Shown here: piece after piece, positions 38,251 to 49,980 of the stretch
Layout: every line of letters begins with the position of its first letter
How positions within the stretch are numbered: the first letter of the stretch is position 1
From: Callorhinchus milii
Taxonomy: Eukaryota
Assembly: GCF_018977255.1 (NCBI RefSeq)
Contig: NW_024704742.1
Span: forward strand, 26,538,001 to 26,602,000
DNA length: 64,000 nucleotides
Direction: 5' to 3'
Translations under genes and position numbers: made by a program
The notes under the pieces: generated by a model
What the model was told of the DNA's origin: nothing
The model's input: only the letters and a program-made list of their open reading frames with translations
The model's database searches: none

Positions 38251-38434
38251 AAAACTCGTACTTGATGTATTGAATGCTGATAGAAACATCTGAAAGCATT
38301 TCACAAGAATTACTGGAAAATGTAGACTCTGTGTACTTTAAGACAAAAGCAGCAGTTAACTTATACACAGGAATTACCCACAGCCAGCGATGAAGTAAAT
38401 GACCAATTTTATCTGTGGGATTGTTTGTTAAAAT

Positions 38435-38945
38435 GCAATACAAAATTAATTTGTAAAGTGCCTTTCATGTCGGGAGGATGTCCTAAGGCGCTGAACAGTC
38501 AGGAATTAGGACCTGTGCCAGGTGTGGGGGTGGGGGGTTGGTATCAGGAAGGGTGGAGGCCAGAGAGGGTAGGAGGATGATGAAGGCATGGTCGAAGAGG
38601 AGAGTCTTGAGGTGTGCCTTGAAGGAAGCAAGGGAGGGAGTGAGGTGAACGAAATATGGGATGGAGTTCCAGAGGGTGGGGGCAGAGAGGCTGAAGGCCC
38701 GACCAACGATGGTGGGGAGGACCGGGGTGGGGGGGAGGGAGTACATGGAGCAGGTCGGAGGCTGGTGGGGGGGCGGAAGATTGCTGGCAAGGACACTGGG
38801 AGAAACTCCCTTCTCTTTTTGAATAGTGCCCTGGGATCTGCAGCCACCTGAACAGGCGGGACCTCGGTTTAGCATCTCATCCAAAGGACCGCACCTCTGA
38901 CAATGCAATACCCCCCGGCATTGCAGTGGAGTGTCAACTTAGTAT
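38435..38945 (-). mobile_element. L2 3' fragment abutting a Deu-SINE fragment
   Basis: [31 protein letters not shown], followed by acctcggtttagcatctcatccaaaggac. Confidence 0.8.
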
Positions 38946-40362
38946 GAGAGTAAATTTAGATCCAGGTGACATTTCTACCCCATTGTTGAGATCCTTTCAG
39001 CCAGGAGAGGGAATACCTTTTGCGTAGCTGGATTAAAAAAAACAGGGTCCCACAGCTAAAGGGAATACACTATGCTGGCCCACTGAAATTTTAGGATGTA
39101 TTCCAGAGTAGAAATGTAGAGTGGATCATTTTTGCAGGTTGTACAATATATATTTCTACTGTTAAATCCAAGCCAGATCTGAACTGATCAAAAGCTTCTA
39201 AACTCCTCTTCTTCAATAACAGTGTGAAGCTCACTGCTAGGATTTTGTTCTGGCCACACACAGAAATAAACTCCAAGCTCAAGTATACCAAAGCTTGCTT
39301 TTGGCTATAGTTTGACTCAACCAAAAATTGTCATCTGCAAAATCTGTAAATATTGAATATTATCGAATAATGCTGACAAAGACGCAGAGAATGGAAACAC
39401 AAGACTTCATTTGGTGCTTTTTAATTAAAGTGATTAAAGTGTAATAATTAGTTTTGCTGATGAAATCCCCCTTCAGCACTCCATCAGTAACCTCTGCTTT
39501 TTGTTCTACTCATTTCCTTTTTACAACCAATAGCCTGCACTCGCTCTCGCTGTGGAACAAAACCAATCTGTGCAGTTTGCCATTTAGAAAGTTCCTTGAG
39601 GTTTTTCTAATTCCAAGACAAAGCCTGTAGTGATAATGACATTCTGCGATCTACATCCTACCATCTTTAATTCATGACAATAAGCCATTATGCAGGAAAA
39701 AACATTTACATAAAAACCTGGCTCTAAGGCTTCTCTGTTTAAGAACAAGAATCCACAGTCACTGGCATCGCCCATTCTACCAAACACTAGCGTTCTCCTG
39801 TCCTTCATGGTCTGAGCACAATTTGAGGTTGGGATAGGAATCCAAGTCATCTCCTCAAATCCATGCAGGTCATCTCCTCAGGTTGCATCCTTCTCTCTTT
39901 GCGGACACAAACGTCCCTCCTGGCTCATTAAACATTTGCATTATAAGGAGTTGAGGAGGAGCTTCTTCACACAGACAGTGATAAAAATGTAGAACTCACA
40001 GCCGGAAGCAAAAAGCATCAATGTGTTTGAGAGGAAATTTGAAAGCATACATGATGTGGAAGGGAATAAAAGGGTAGAGGAGAAGGGGAATAGGAAAAAA
40101 TGGAGGCTCTTGTGGAGTATAAACACCAGCAAGGACTAGTTAGGCCAAATGGCCCACTTCCATGCTATATCATTCTAAGTAATTCTAGTCATGACAAAAA
40201 GGTACCTCAGCTCAGTAGTGTCAATGGCTGCAAGGTTTTTTTTCTGCTGCATTATCTTCCTTCAGTGGTTTATTTATGAGAAGTTAATTCCTGCTTTAAA
40301 CAGGTCATTCCCTCTCGAACTGCACTAAATTTTCTGTGATCACACATATAAATCAGAGTTGC

Positions 40363-40650
40363 GGGCGAAACCAAAGGCAAATTTCCTTACTCCACACACA
40401 CGCCTCTGTTTACCTAGCAGTAAGTAGGAACCCGCTTGCTAGTCGAATGGCAGATCACTTTCCGGGGTAATAATCCCTTAAAAAAATAACAATAATAATT
40501 TGGTCACTCAATCCACGACGGTTTGTGAGACACTACTGTGCACAATTAGCTGCCGGGTTTCACCCACAAAATACATAGCCACGACATTTTATAGTATATC
40601 CTGTGAAGTGCTTTGAGACGTCTCAAAGACACTATATATCAGATGCAAGG
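40363..40650 (+). mobile_element. 5'-truncated long-variant tRNA-SINE
   Basis: tttccttactccacacac..gcctctgtttacctagcagtaagtaggaaccc, as in 19305-19685. Confidence 0.8.
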
Positions 40651-43600
40651 ATCATTATGATTATAACTACATTATGTCATGCTCAGAGTTTTGTAAACAA
40701 TTGCTTATATTACCATCCACAATGTACAATAATCAACAAAGATATATTTGCATGCAATGTTATATCAAAATATAACATGGCATGCAAACAAAAGACGTGA
40801 CTTTCCCAACTGTCCAGCGCCTTGGGACATCCTCCCAACGTGAAAGGCGCTCTATAAACGGAATCTTGTTGTTGTTGTTGTGATGCTATATCAAATGTAA
40901 GGATTATTATTATTATTTTATTATTATATAAAATGACAATAGCTATTAATTCAGTTCAATTTGAAAATAAAGCTGTCAATTTCTTTCAACAATGAGAAGC
41001 AGCTTGTGCCAAAGCACAGATAAATTAGTTTAAGGAATTGTATCCTTGCAAATGCAAGGAAATGAAAGGTTGCATTTGCAAGGACATAACAAAAGCAACC
41101 CAAAGTCCTTTTAATTGCAGAAGTCGCCGAATGTTTAATTGTTTTATTCCAGCAGTAGGATGCATTACTTTTAGCAGTTTTATAATATGAAAAAAATAGA
41201 AACTATGGAGCGACAACAAATACTGTATGTGACAAAATACCCAAACACTTGGGATGTATTCTGTTCCAATCCATCAATGGAGAAGAACAAAATACTAGGA
41301 GTACCGAATGCCAAAATGGTAACTTGTTCCTTAGTTAGGAGAGAGCTCCTTTTAACAGAAACAGATGCTGTGAGAAACACTGTGGTGGCTTACTGCCTTC
41401 ATCCCTCAGATATCCCAGCCTGCCATCTCCCGGTACAACATCGAGCATTTCTTAAAGGAGTCCAGCATAATGGCTTTGACCTTGTCCACCCATCAACAAG
41501 TGTTGATTTAGACCCAGCTAGCATTTCTCCCCACATATTTCTTCACTTTCTCTCCATCCCATTTAATACCATTACTTCTGACATATCTATCAGTAAAGGC
41601 ACAAAGGATGTTCAGATGCACAGAAATTGCCAGTGTGTAATGTTTACCAGCAGTGGGGTAACCAACAAAGGTTCAACACATTCACAACCGAAAAACTGAA
41701 GCAGATTTCCTGCTGTCAATCCTCTCAGATCTGCAACCATGTCATGCATTTACCTGTTCAATTATAAAACTGTGGAATTATACTCTCCAAATCAGATTCT
41801 TAAGTAAAACCTCATGGTGCTTGACCTCTGCGGCTGAAACAGACCATCTCCCACCAGGCAAATGTAAGTGACTGACTCATCTCCTGCTGATGTCAGCTAG
41901 GAATCAAAGCTAAGTGTGTATGTCAGGAAGTAATTTAATACATCCCACCACACAAACCAATCCAGGCAAGTCAGATTGCAAAGCCTGGGAAGAATTCTAC
42001 AATTGCATTCGGTTCAGATCAGGTTTTCCTGACCAGGACAGAATGCAATCTCTACAGGGGTTAAATAGAAACTGAGTTCAGGAATGCAAGTCTTGCATTT
42101 TATCATCTTATATGAAGGGTCATGTGTCCTCTACGAAGCCTCAAATTAACCAAATGTTCACCTAATAGTCCATGTTTGTGGAGATCTCTTTGACAGTCTG
42201 GCAGATCTATTTTAAGCAACTTTCTATAGTAGAATAAAATTTGATTACTTCTATGGTGCTGTAGCATTTCGATTTAATTAGGAGAGAAATAGACAACAAA
42301 TGGTACTTCGCAACATCCTCATAAACCTTGGTCCTTACTGAACATTGATAATTTACATTTCAAAGATAAACTGGTATTCTTATGTTCATCAACATTTCAA
42401 ATGTTTGCATGCGAATGGTTACTTTTGTAACCGAGGACCAGAATCATGTATTCCCAAGCCAGATGTATAATGATCAAACACAGGGTTCACATTGTTTTGA
42501 AAATATTTCTATGGCAAATCTTTCGAGGCAGAAGAGGGAGAAGATTTTCAACCTAGGTCTGGACTCATGAGGTAAAAAACAAGACTGTAACCAACTGGTC
42601 ACTCGTAGCCCATGATTCACCTTCAAATTAAACTTGTACAAATAAATATGTACAAGTCCTGTACCACTCAATATATCTCATGAGGGAAAAAATTCAGAAC
42701 TATTCATCATACCTTAATATCAATAAAGATAATACTTCTGCACATGTAGAGGTTTACAAAGTCAGGCGCTTCTTTTACAATTGTTGAATAGAGATGCGCT
42801 CCTTATTTAACACAAGACAGTTTTCGATCATCCATTCTGAAACACACGGGAACGTTCGATTTAACAATAAATGATCAGAAAAATGGTTCCACAGGTCCTT
42901 TGTTAGGCAAGGATTGATTCCCAAATTCAAAGAGAATAACGAAGCTCATTGTGTGTCTGAGCCTTGAAGCAATTCAGATCCACAGCACAATAATGGCGAT
43001 TAGCATTTTTCAATTTGTATCCAGGTTACTGTGGATGGATTCTGATCTGGTTTTGTTTTAGTTTTTTTTTCTGGCTCCCCCCCACCGCCGACCCAAACAC
43101 ATACACACACACTGCACATTTTTAAAATCAAATATGTTATTTGTTTGAAAAGAGATACAAGTCAAAAATGCTCTGCACACAACTAACTTCATTTTGACAC
43201 AGAGGCTGGTGTGTTTCAAGATCTGTAAACAGGCAACTGATGGTAAGAGAGTGAACATTGCTCTCGTGCATTCAGATTTTGTAGCCCTCAGTCAGAATCA
43301 TTTCGATTTGAAAACTGAAACTCGAGTCTGGTTCAAGATAAAAAATCTATTTTGGATTTCTACTCAAACAAATCTCAACACTCGATGGTAAGAGTGTTCT
43401 TTGTATAGCAGGAATAAGTAAAGTCTAAGTAACTTGTGAGCATCAAAAACATGCAAGAGTTGTGAAGATCTGAAAGGTGAATAAGTGTTTCATACTTACC
43501 CACGGAAGAGCTATTTGTGTGAGTATAGATGATAATCGTTGTAATTAAATATAAACACATCAAAGCATTTCAGACAAGTCTTTGTAAAGTGCAGTAGCTA

Positions 43601-45926
43601 TTTGTAGGAGATCATATTTTTTACTCAGCAATGTCCTACAAACAGTCATGAAGTGAATGACCATTTTTTTTTATTTGTGAGAGTGATGGCCAGGAGAAAC
43701 GCTGTTCTATTTTTGACAGTGTTTAACGTCCATGCAAACAGGACCTCAGTTTAACGGCTCATCTGAAAGATGACACACCTCCAACCATACAGCGCTCCCT
43801 TGTGACTAAAAAAAATGATATTCAATGACATAATTATAACTGCCAATAATTACTTTACATTTTTCGGTCCTTTATATCCTAAACATACAGTATCCAGAGG
43901 AGCTTTGAGAATATGAGGTCAGGACTTCACAATGTGCAATGGGTTACGAACTGCTTTATAATTGGATTCTTTGGGAACACACATCCTAAAATAAGTTAAT
44001 TACCAGGGTTTTCTTCCCAATTGATCATTAGACATTAAAAATAATTACACAATTATCCACTGGGCTGACGAGAGACAGAAAAACAAAAACACAAAACAAA
44101 ATTAGATTTGTGCAGAACGCGAGATAATTAGTGTGGGTGTTGAAATGAAAATATATCCAAGTGGTTTAAAAAATTAAACTGGGGAGCAATTCCACCTGGA
44201 TCTAGATTTACTCTGTTCGTGTAGCATTTTAGAGCATACAAACTGTGCAAATTATCTTAAAGCAGTTCTGATAGTTCTTAAAAGATCTCAAAAGAAAAAA
44301 ATGCTTAAAAATTAAGGCTGTGTATAAGAGATTATCGAATTCTGGAGTTCTAAAATCTACATAAATAGAATAAATCCATGTCGCTGTGGAATATCTTTGC
44401 AAATATGTGTTCACTGGCATAAATACAATGTAGGATAATTGTAAAGTTCAATAAATGTATTTTATGGAATTGATCGACTGAAAAGTACAGTAAATACTCA
44501 AAATTTGGCTGTTCATTTCCCTATTACATCAAGGGACGTCAAAGGATACAGGCAGAGAATCGGGAGGTTTGGAGAGAGAATTGAAATGGGGAGCCAAATG
44601 ATGAAATAAAAACAAAGAAAATTCAAATTTAACTCAAAAGAAATGACCAAACCAATGTTAGTTTGGAGAAATCTGTTTCTCATTAACGAAGGAAGTTTCT
44701 TCTAATTTAATATCCTGGCCAACAATCCACTGGATAAAACTGCCATTCACTTCAAGGCTGTTGGTGGGACATTGCTGAGTGCTAGTTGGCTGCCACCTTC
44801 ACCTACAAAATACAGTCACTACGTTTTACAGAGTAAATCCTGCGAAGTGCTCAGAGTCGTCCTCCTGACGTGAAAGACGCTTTACCAAAGTTAAGAATTA
44901 ATGGTATTAACAGTGCCATTTGATTTATACTCCACCAGAGGGTCGTTCATGCAGAATTTATTTTGTCCAAACCCATAATGGACACATAGCAAAAGCTGGT
45001 GGTGCCTGTCTTTGATCTCTCATAGAGATAGTCGATTATGTAAACTTTTACTACTTTGCAAATAAGGCAGGCACACTTTTCACAGAGCAAAAAAGGAGAG
45101 AATTGTGCTCAGCAATTTTCTGATGAAGTTATGCTTGTTTAATCAATGACCATAGTTTTAATCCATTGCAATTCTCATTCTGCCCACTGTCATCCTGTTC
45201 CAAATCACAGAATCATACAAAAGGAGGCCATTTGGCCCATCTTGTCTGTGCCGGCTCTTTGAAAAGAGCTATCCAATTCAATCCCACTCCCTGCTCTCTC
45301 CCCATAGCCCTGCAAACTTCTCCTCTCCAAATAATTATCTACTTCTCTCTTAAAAGTTGTTATCGAATCAGCTTCCACCACCCTTTCAGGCAATGCATTC
45401 CAGATCTGAACAACTCGCTGTGTGAAACAAATTCTCCTCACCTCCCCTCTGTTTCTTTTAACGACTATTTTAAATTGGTGCCCTCGGGTTACCGACCCAC
45501 CCGCCAGTGGAAACAATTTCTTCCTGTTCACCCTATCGGATCCCCTCATAATTTTGAAAACTTCTATTAAGTCTCCTCTTAACCTCCTCTGCTCAAAAGA
45601 GAATAATCCTAGCTTCTTTCGCCTCTCCTCATAAACTGAATTCCCTCATTCTGGTACCATCCTGGTAAATCTCCTTTGCACCTTCTCCAATGCCTTGACA
45701 TCCTTCCTAAAGTGTGGGGCCCAGAACTGAACACAGTACTCGAGCTGAGGCCTAACCAATGTTTTGTAAAGGTTCATCATAACTTCCTGCCTTTTGTATT
45801 CTATGCCCCTATTTATAAAGCCTGGTATCCTGAATGATTTTTTTTTAAATAGCATTATCGTCCTGTCCTGCCACCTTCAAAGATTTACTTATATGAACCC
45901 CCAAGTCTCTCTGTTCCTTCACCCCC

Positions 45927-46394
45927 TTTAAGATCATATTTGTGAAACTTACTGTTTTTAAGATTTTTAATCAGTATACTTTTAAAATGTACACTTACAA
46001 TTTGTTTAGTACAGCGGTCCTTAGCTATTAGGGCATAGACAAAGGTGTGTGTTTTTAAATAACTAACTTGGGGCCCCTGAGAGGGTACATGTGGCAGTTA
46101 GCGTTAGCAAAGGTAAGGATATATTGGCTTGACCCTTGCTGAGGTCAGGTTTTGATAACTTTCCCTCGCTCGGTGCCTGGGTCCTATGTCATTCTCCCAT
46201 CTAAGAATTGAGTAATCATGTCCTTGAGCACAGATGTGAAAACAAGAAGACTCAGAGAGAGAAGCGCCCTCCTGTAAATCTGATTAGCTCAATACTAAGA
46301 AACGGGAATCCTCCCAATTAGCTGTGCATATCTCTTTCTCCTTATCAGTTATTTTCCCATGCAAAAAGAGCCTGCTCAAAGCCTGTGAAGGGTG
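45927..46394 (+). repeat. 5' LTR (U3 part only; R-U5 and PBS missing)
   Basis: Aligns to 49280-49755, then switches abruptly into gag-like sequence after gcctgtgaagggtg. Confidence 0.85.
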
Positions 46395-47710
46395 CATGCA
46401 GCGGATGATCAATTTCGGGTTTACAGCATCCAGAATTGGAAGACGCTGATATTGGTCAGGTTTTGGTTTCTACATGGGATTCATCAGTGAGACAAGCGTT
46501 ACTGGCGTGGCCTCCAACTACAGAGGAACGGTGGCAGAGAGGGCTATTCTTCAGGTCCTGGGGATGGATCATCAAACCCTTTTAAATTATACTGAATGAT
46601 ACAGGATTCCCATGAACACCTTCGGGCTTTTGCAGCGTGATTATTTAGTGTTTGTTGCTCGGGATTGCAAGCAGAGTTGGATGTGGGAAGTGCTGTTGTG
46701 CTGCAACAGGAGCAGATCAGACAAGCGCAGCAAGCAGTGATTCTAGCAGCACAGCAAGCAGCAGCACAGGTTAACAAACCAAGCTGTCCCTCTTCAGCCC
46801 CAAATGTTCATCCCTAATAGTCCTCCTCCAACAATGGAGGACCCGGCTCTCTAAACCATGTTTTTAGAACAGCTAAACCCCAAACTAAAGATGGCATCTG
46901 CTGCTGTGGCAAATAATACTCTACCATGGGACAACATTTTAGAAGCGGTAGAACAGGTTTGGGATTTGACCTCTCATAATCGTACCCCCTCGCCCTCTTG
47001 CACTCTGCGGCCTGTAGCAGCAGTGGAAGGACCCCTCTGAGAACGTGACAAGGACATGGTTCAAGGGAAAGGCCAGGAAGGTGTTACAATTGCGAGAAAC
47101 CTGGGCATTATGCCTATGATTGTCGGTCAAAGAGACCAGAGGAACCTCCAAACAGGGGGCGTATGCAAAGAAATTTTGCAGCCTCCAGCAGGAGTCGGGG
47201 CAATTGTTACAACTGCGATAAACCAGGGCACCATAAGTGGCAATGTAGATCATGGAGATGAGAGGGTCTACCCTCTAGACAAACTCCAAATAACAACAAC
47301 TTGGGAACCAATAATAAAATTCACTGGTTAAGACAGAAAATTGAGAGATTGGAGACTCTGTTCAATGTTCAAAGGATCACATCACCAGCAAAAATGGGAA
47401 GCTAGACAGGGAGAGGCAGACAAAAAATTAAAAGGGCATAAAGTAGCAGCCTTGGTAGAGAAAAAAACTGAAAAAGTGCAGAAGAATAAGGTTCTGCAAG
47501 ATTTAAAAGACAAAACAGGACAAATTTATTCTGCAAAAGAATCAAATTTGGAAAAAAGGTTGGGACAAATGGACACTTCGGAATTTGAAAGATTACGGAG
47601 GGAGTTAAAAGCAATGAGGCGACTGATTGAGCAACTGATTGAGCAACGTATAGATCCTAGTGTTTCACAGTGTTCCACCAATATGCCTCCAACCAGAACG
47701 GGGAGATGAC
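46395..47710 (+). pseudogene. Decayed gag (capsid C-terminal domain/MHR, nucleocapsid, coiled-coil extension)
   Basis: QDSHEHLRAFAA*LF (MHR-like, 46602-46646); MFLEQLNPKLK; CYNCEKPGHYAYDC (47082-47123); CYNCDKPGHHKWQC (47205-47246). Confidence 0.85.
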
Positions 47711-49279
47711 TCATTCGCTAATCTAAAGGCACTCAAACAGTTCAGTCTACTTGTGAGGAGTCAGAAAAGGTCAAAATGCTCTTCTCTCAAATAAAGAGAT
47801 TAACAGAAGGTGGGCGAGACAGTAGGATGGGTTAATTGAGGAAAAAAACAGCAAGAGAAAGAAACTTAGACAGCAACTTTAAAAATCACTGACTGCAGCC
47901 ACTGATTATGAGCAGTTTAAATTCACTGACTGCTAGCAGTCTGGTTTTTGTAAACCAAAAGACACTATACAGGCTGCTCACGGAGAATTAACTCTCTAGT
48001 TTCCACATAAAGTAAAACTGTTTTTGCTGCTAATGATCCTGTCCAAGCTACAGTTGAATCCCTGGTAAAGCTATCAGAGCAAGCATTTTGAAACAATAGC
48101 GCAAATAGCTACTGCGATCAGATTAGCCAACTAAAGTGTTTAAAGAACGGGAGATTTCACCTTGTGATTTAGTTCCTGCAGATACTAATAAGAATGGCTT
48201 GTTACACCCCATGCCTTCTATTCTGGGACGACTTATACTTTTCGCCCCACCTACAAAGCCGGTCTTCGCATTCAATTTGAGTTCGACCGTCTAGGGGTTA
48301 GACAAGTGGACAACTACAACGCAGTCAATTGTCTAATTCGCAACAGCGGCCAATACCTGCACAGAGGACAGGGTTGTCAACCGCACGTGTTTTGTAGGCG
48401 TCGGGTGTGGTAAGAGCGCGAGGTGACAGGGTCGATAGGTAGAATAAACACTGTGACAGTTCAAGAAGGAAACGTGATAGTATTAGGAATGTCAGTATTC
48501 TGATTTATTTTATGTAACATTTACTTTGTCTGTTCCAGTATTTTAGAATGCTCAAAGCCTGCGGGCAAGGATAGAGCGAACATCCACTGAAATAATATAA
48601 AAAGTTTCTGTGGCCATACTGTTTATGTTAATCATGATATTATTGCTAATGATGTGCCGTAATTATATATGCTAAAATTAGTTGAAGGCACTGATGCGGT
48701 GGCTGAGATAAAAGAGAATCGTGAAGATTCTGATGGTGATGGTGGGCTTGTGCTGTCAGCTTGACCCACTACAGGAGGGGACTGGACAGTTAGCACTCCC
48801 AGAATTCTGTCTTCAGTTGACCAAAGAAAATCGTAAAGAATCGTGGATTTGTTTTGCTGAAATAGAACTGATTCTATGGACTCAAAAAGACATTGGTAAA
48901 GTCAGCACATTTCTGCAGACTTGGCGTACGTGACCAAAAAGGTCTGAATTTGGGAACAAGGAAGCCGAGTCTAACCGATCTTGAGAAAATAGATATTCTG
49001 CAATCAACATGAATCTTACCAAGTTAACAAGTCGATTCCTAATCACAGCCGCTGTGTCAATCTGATTCATTCATTGCACTGAACTTTATTACTCTTGTCT
49101 TATGCCTTTGTGATTGCCCAAGCTATAATTTTATTTACAATGATTGTGTCTTTATGTTATTTGCACTTCCTATTAAGGGCTACCCAGTTGCAATCGGACC
49201 ATTTACAGTTCACTAACTTAATAAATCATAGATAAATGAGAGATCGTAAATCTTATTTTCTCACTTTCAAGGTGGGGAC

Positions 49280-49980
49280 TGTAAGATTATATTTGTGATG
49301 CTTACCGTTTTTAAGATTTTTAATTAGTATACTTTTAAAATATAACCAAACACTTATAATCTGTTTAGTACAGCGTTTCTTAGCTATTAGGACAAAGACA
49401 AGGGTGTATGTTTTTAAATTATGAACTTAGGGCCCCTGAGATGGTACATGTAGCAGTTAGTGTTAGCAAAGGTAAGGATATATTGTCTTGACCCTTGCTG
49501 AGGTCAAGTTCTGATAACTTTCTCTCGCTTGGTGCCTGGGTGGGTCCTATGTTATCCTCCCATCTAGAAATTGAGTAATCATATCCTTGAGCAAAGATGT
49601 GAAAACAAGGAGACTCAGAATTGCACACCTGGAAATCTGATTAGCTCAAGACTAAGAAACAGGAAAGGAATCCTCCCAATTAGCTGTCCATATCTCTTTC
49701 TCCTTATCAGTTATTTTCCCATACGAAAAGAGTCTGCTCAAAGCCTGTGAAGGGTGGGGGCTATCTCTGTGACAAGGGGAGGTGGAGTTAGAAACATATA
49801 AAAGATGTAACTTTGAAATAGTTGGAATTGTCGTAGAGGGTCAGAGCACTTCCCAGTGGAATCGATATTAATTCTCCTGTTTCTATGGTCTCAGTTTTAA
49901 GAATAAGTTAAGCTATTTGTATTACTTAATAAACCTTGGATTATTACACCACTGTATTGGTCGTCTCCATTCAAATCTCA
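49280..49980 (+). repeat. 3' LTR, about 700 bp, TG...CA
   Basis: Starts TGTAAG after the PPT; TATAAAA at 49797-49803; AATAAA at 49928-49933; ends ...aatctCA where CR1 resumes. Confidence 0.85.

Larger units (their letters stand above)
45927..49980 (+). mobile_element. Non-autonomous LTR element (ERV/Gypsy-like): truncated 5' LTR, decayed gag, no pol, env-like remnants, PPT, complete 3' LTR
   Basis: Direct repeats 45927-46394 and 49280-49755. PPT aaggtggggac precedes TGTAAG at 49280. Two CCHC knuckles at 47082-47246. Confidence 0.88.

Noticed and set aside
41187..41699. 170-aa ORF as a nested gene
   Set aside because: No recognisable domain or splice structure; more likely chance or the antisense of a decayed LINE.
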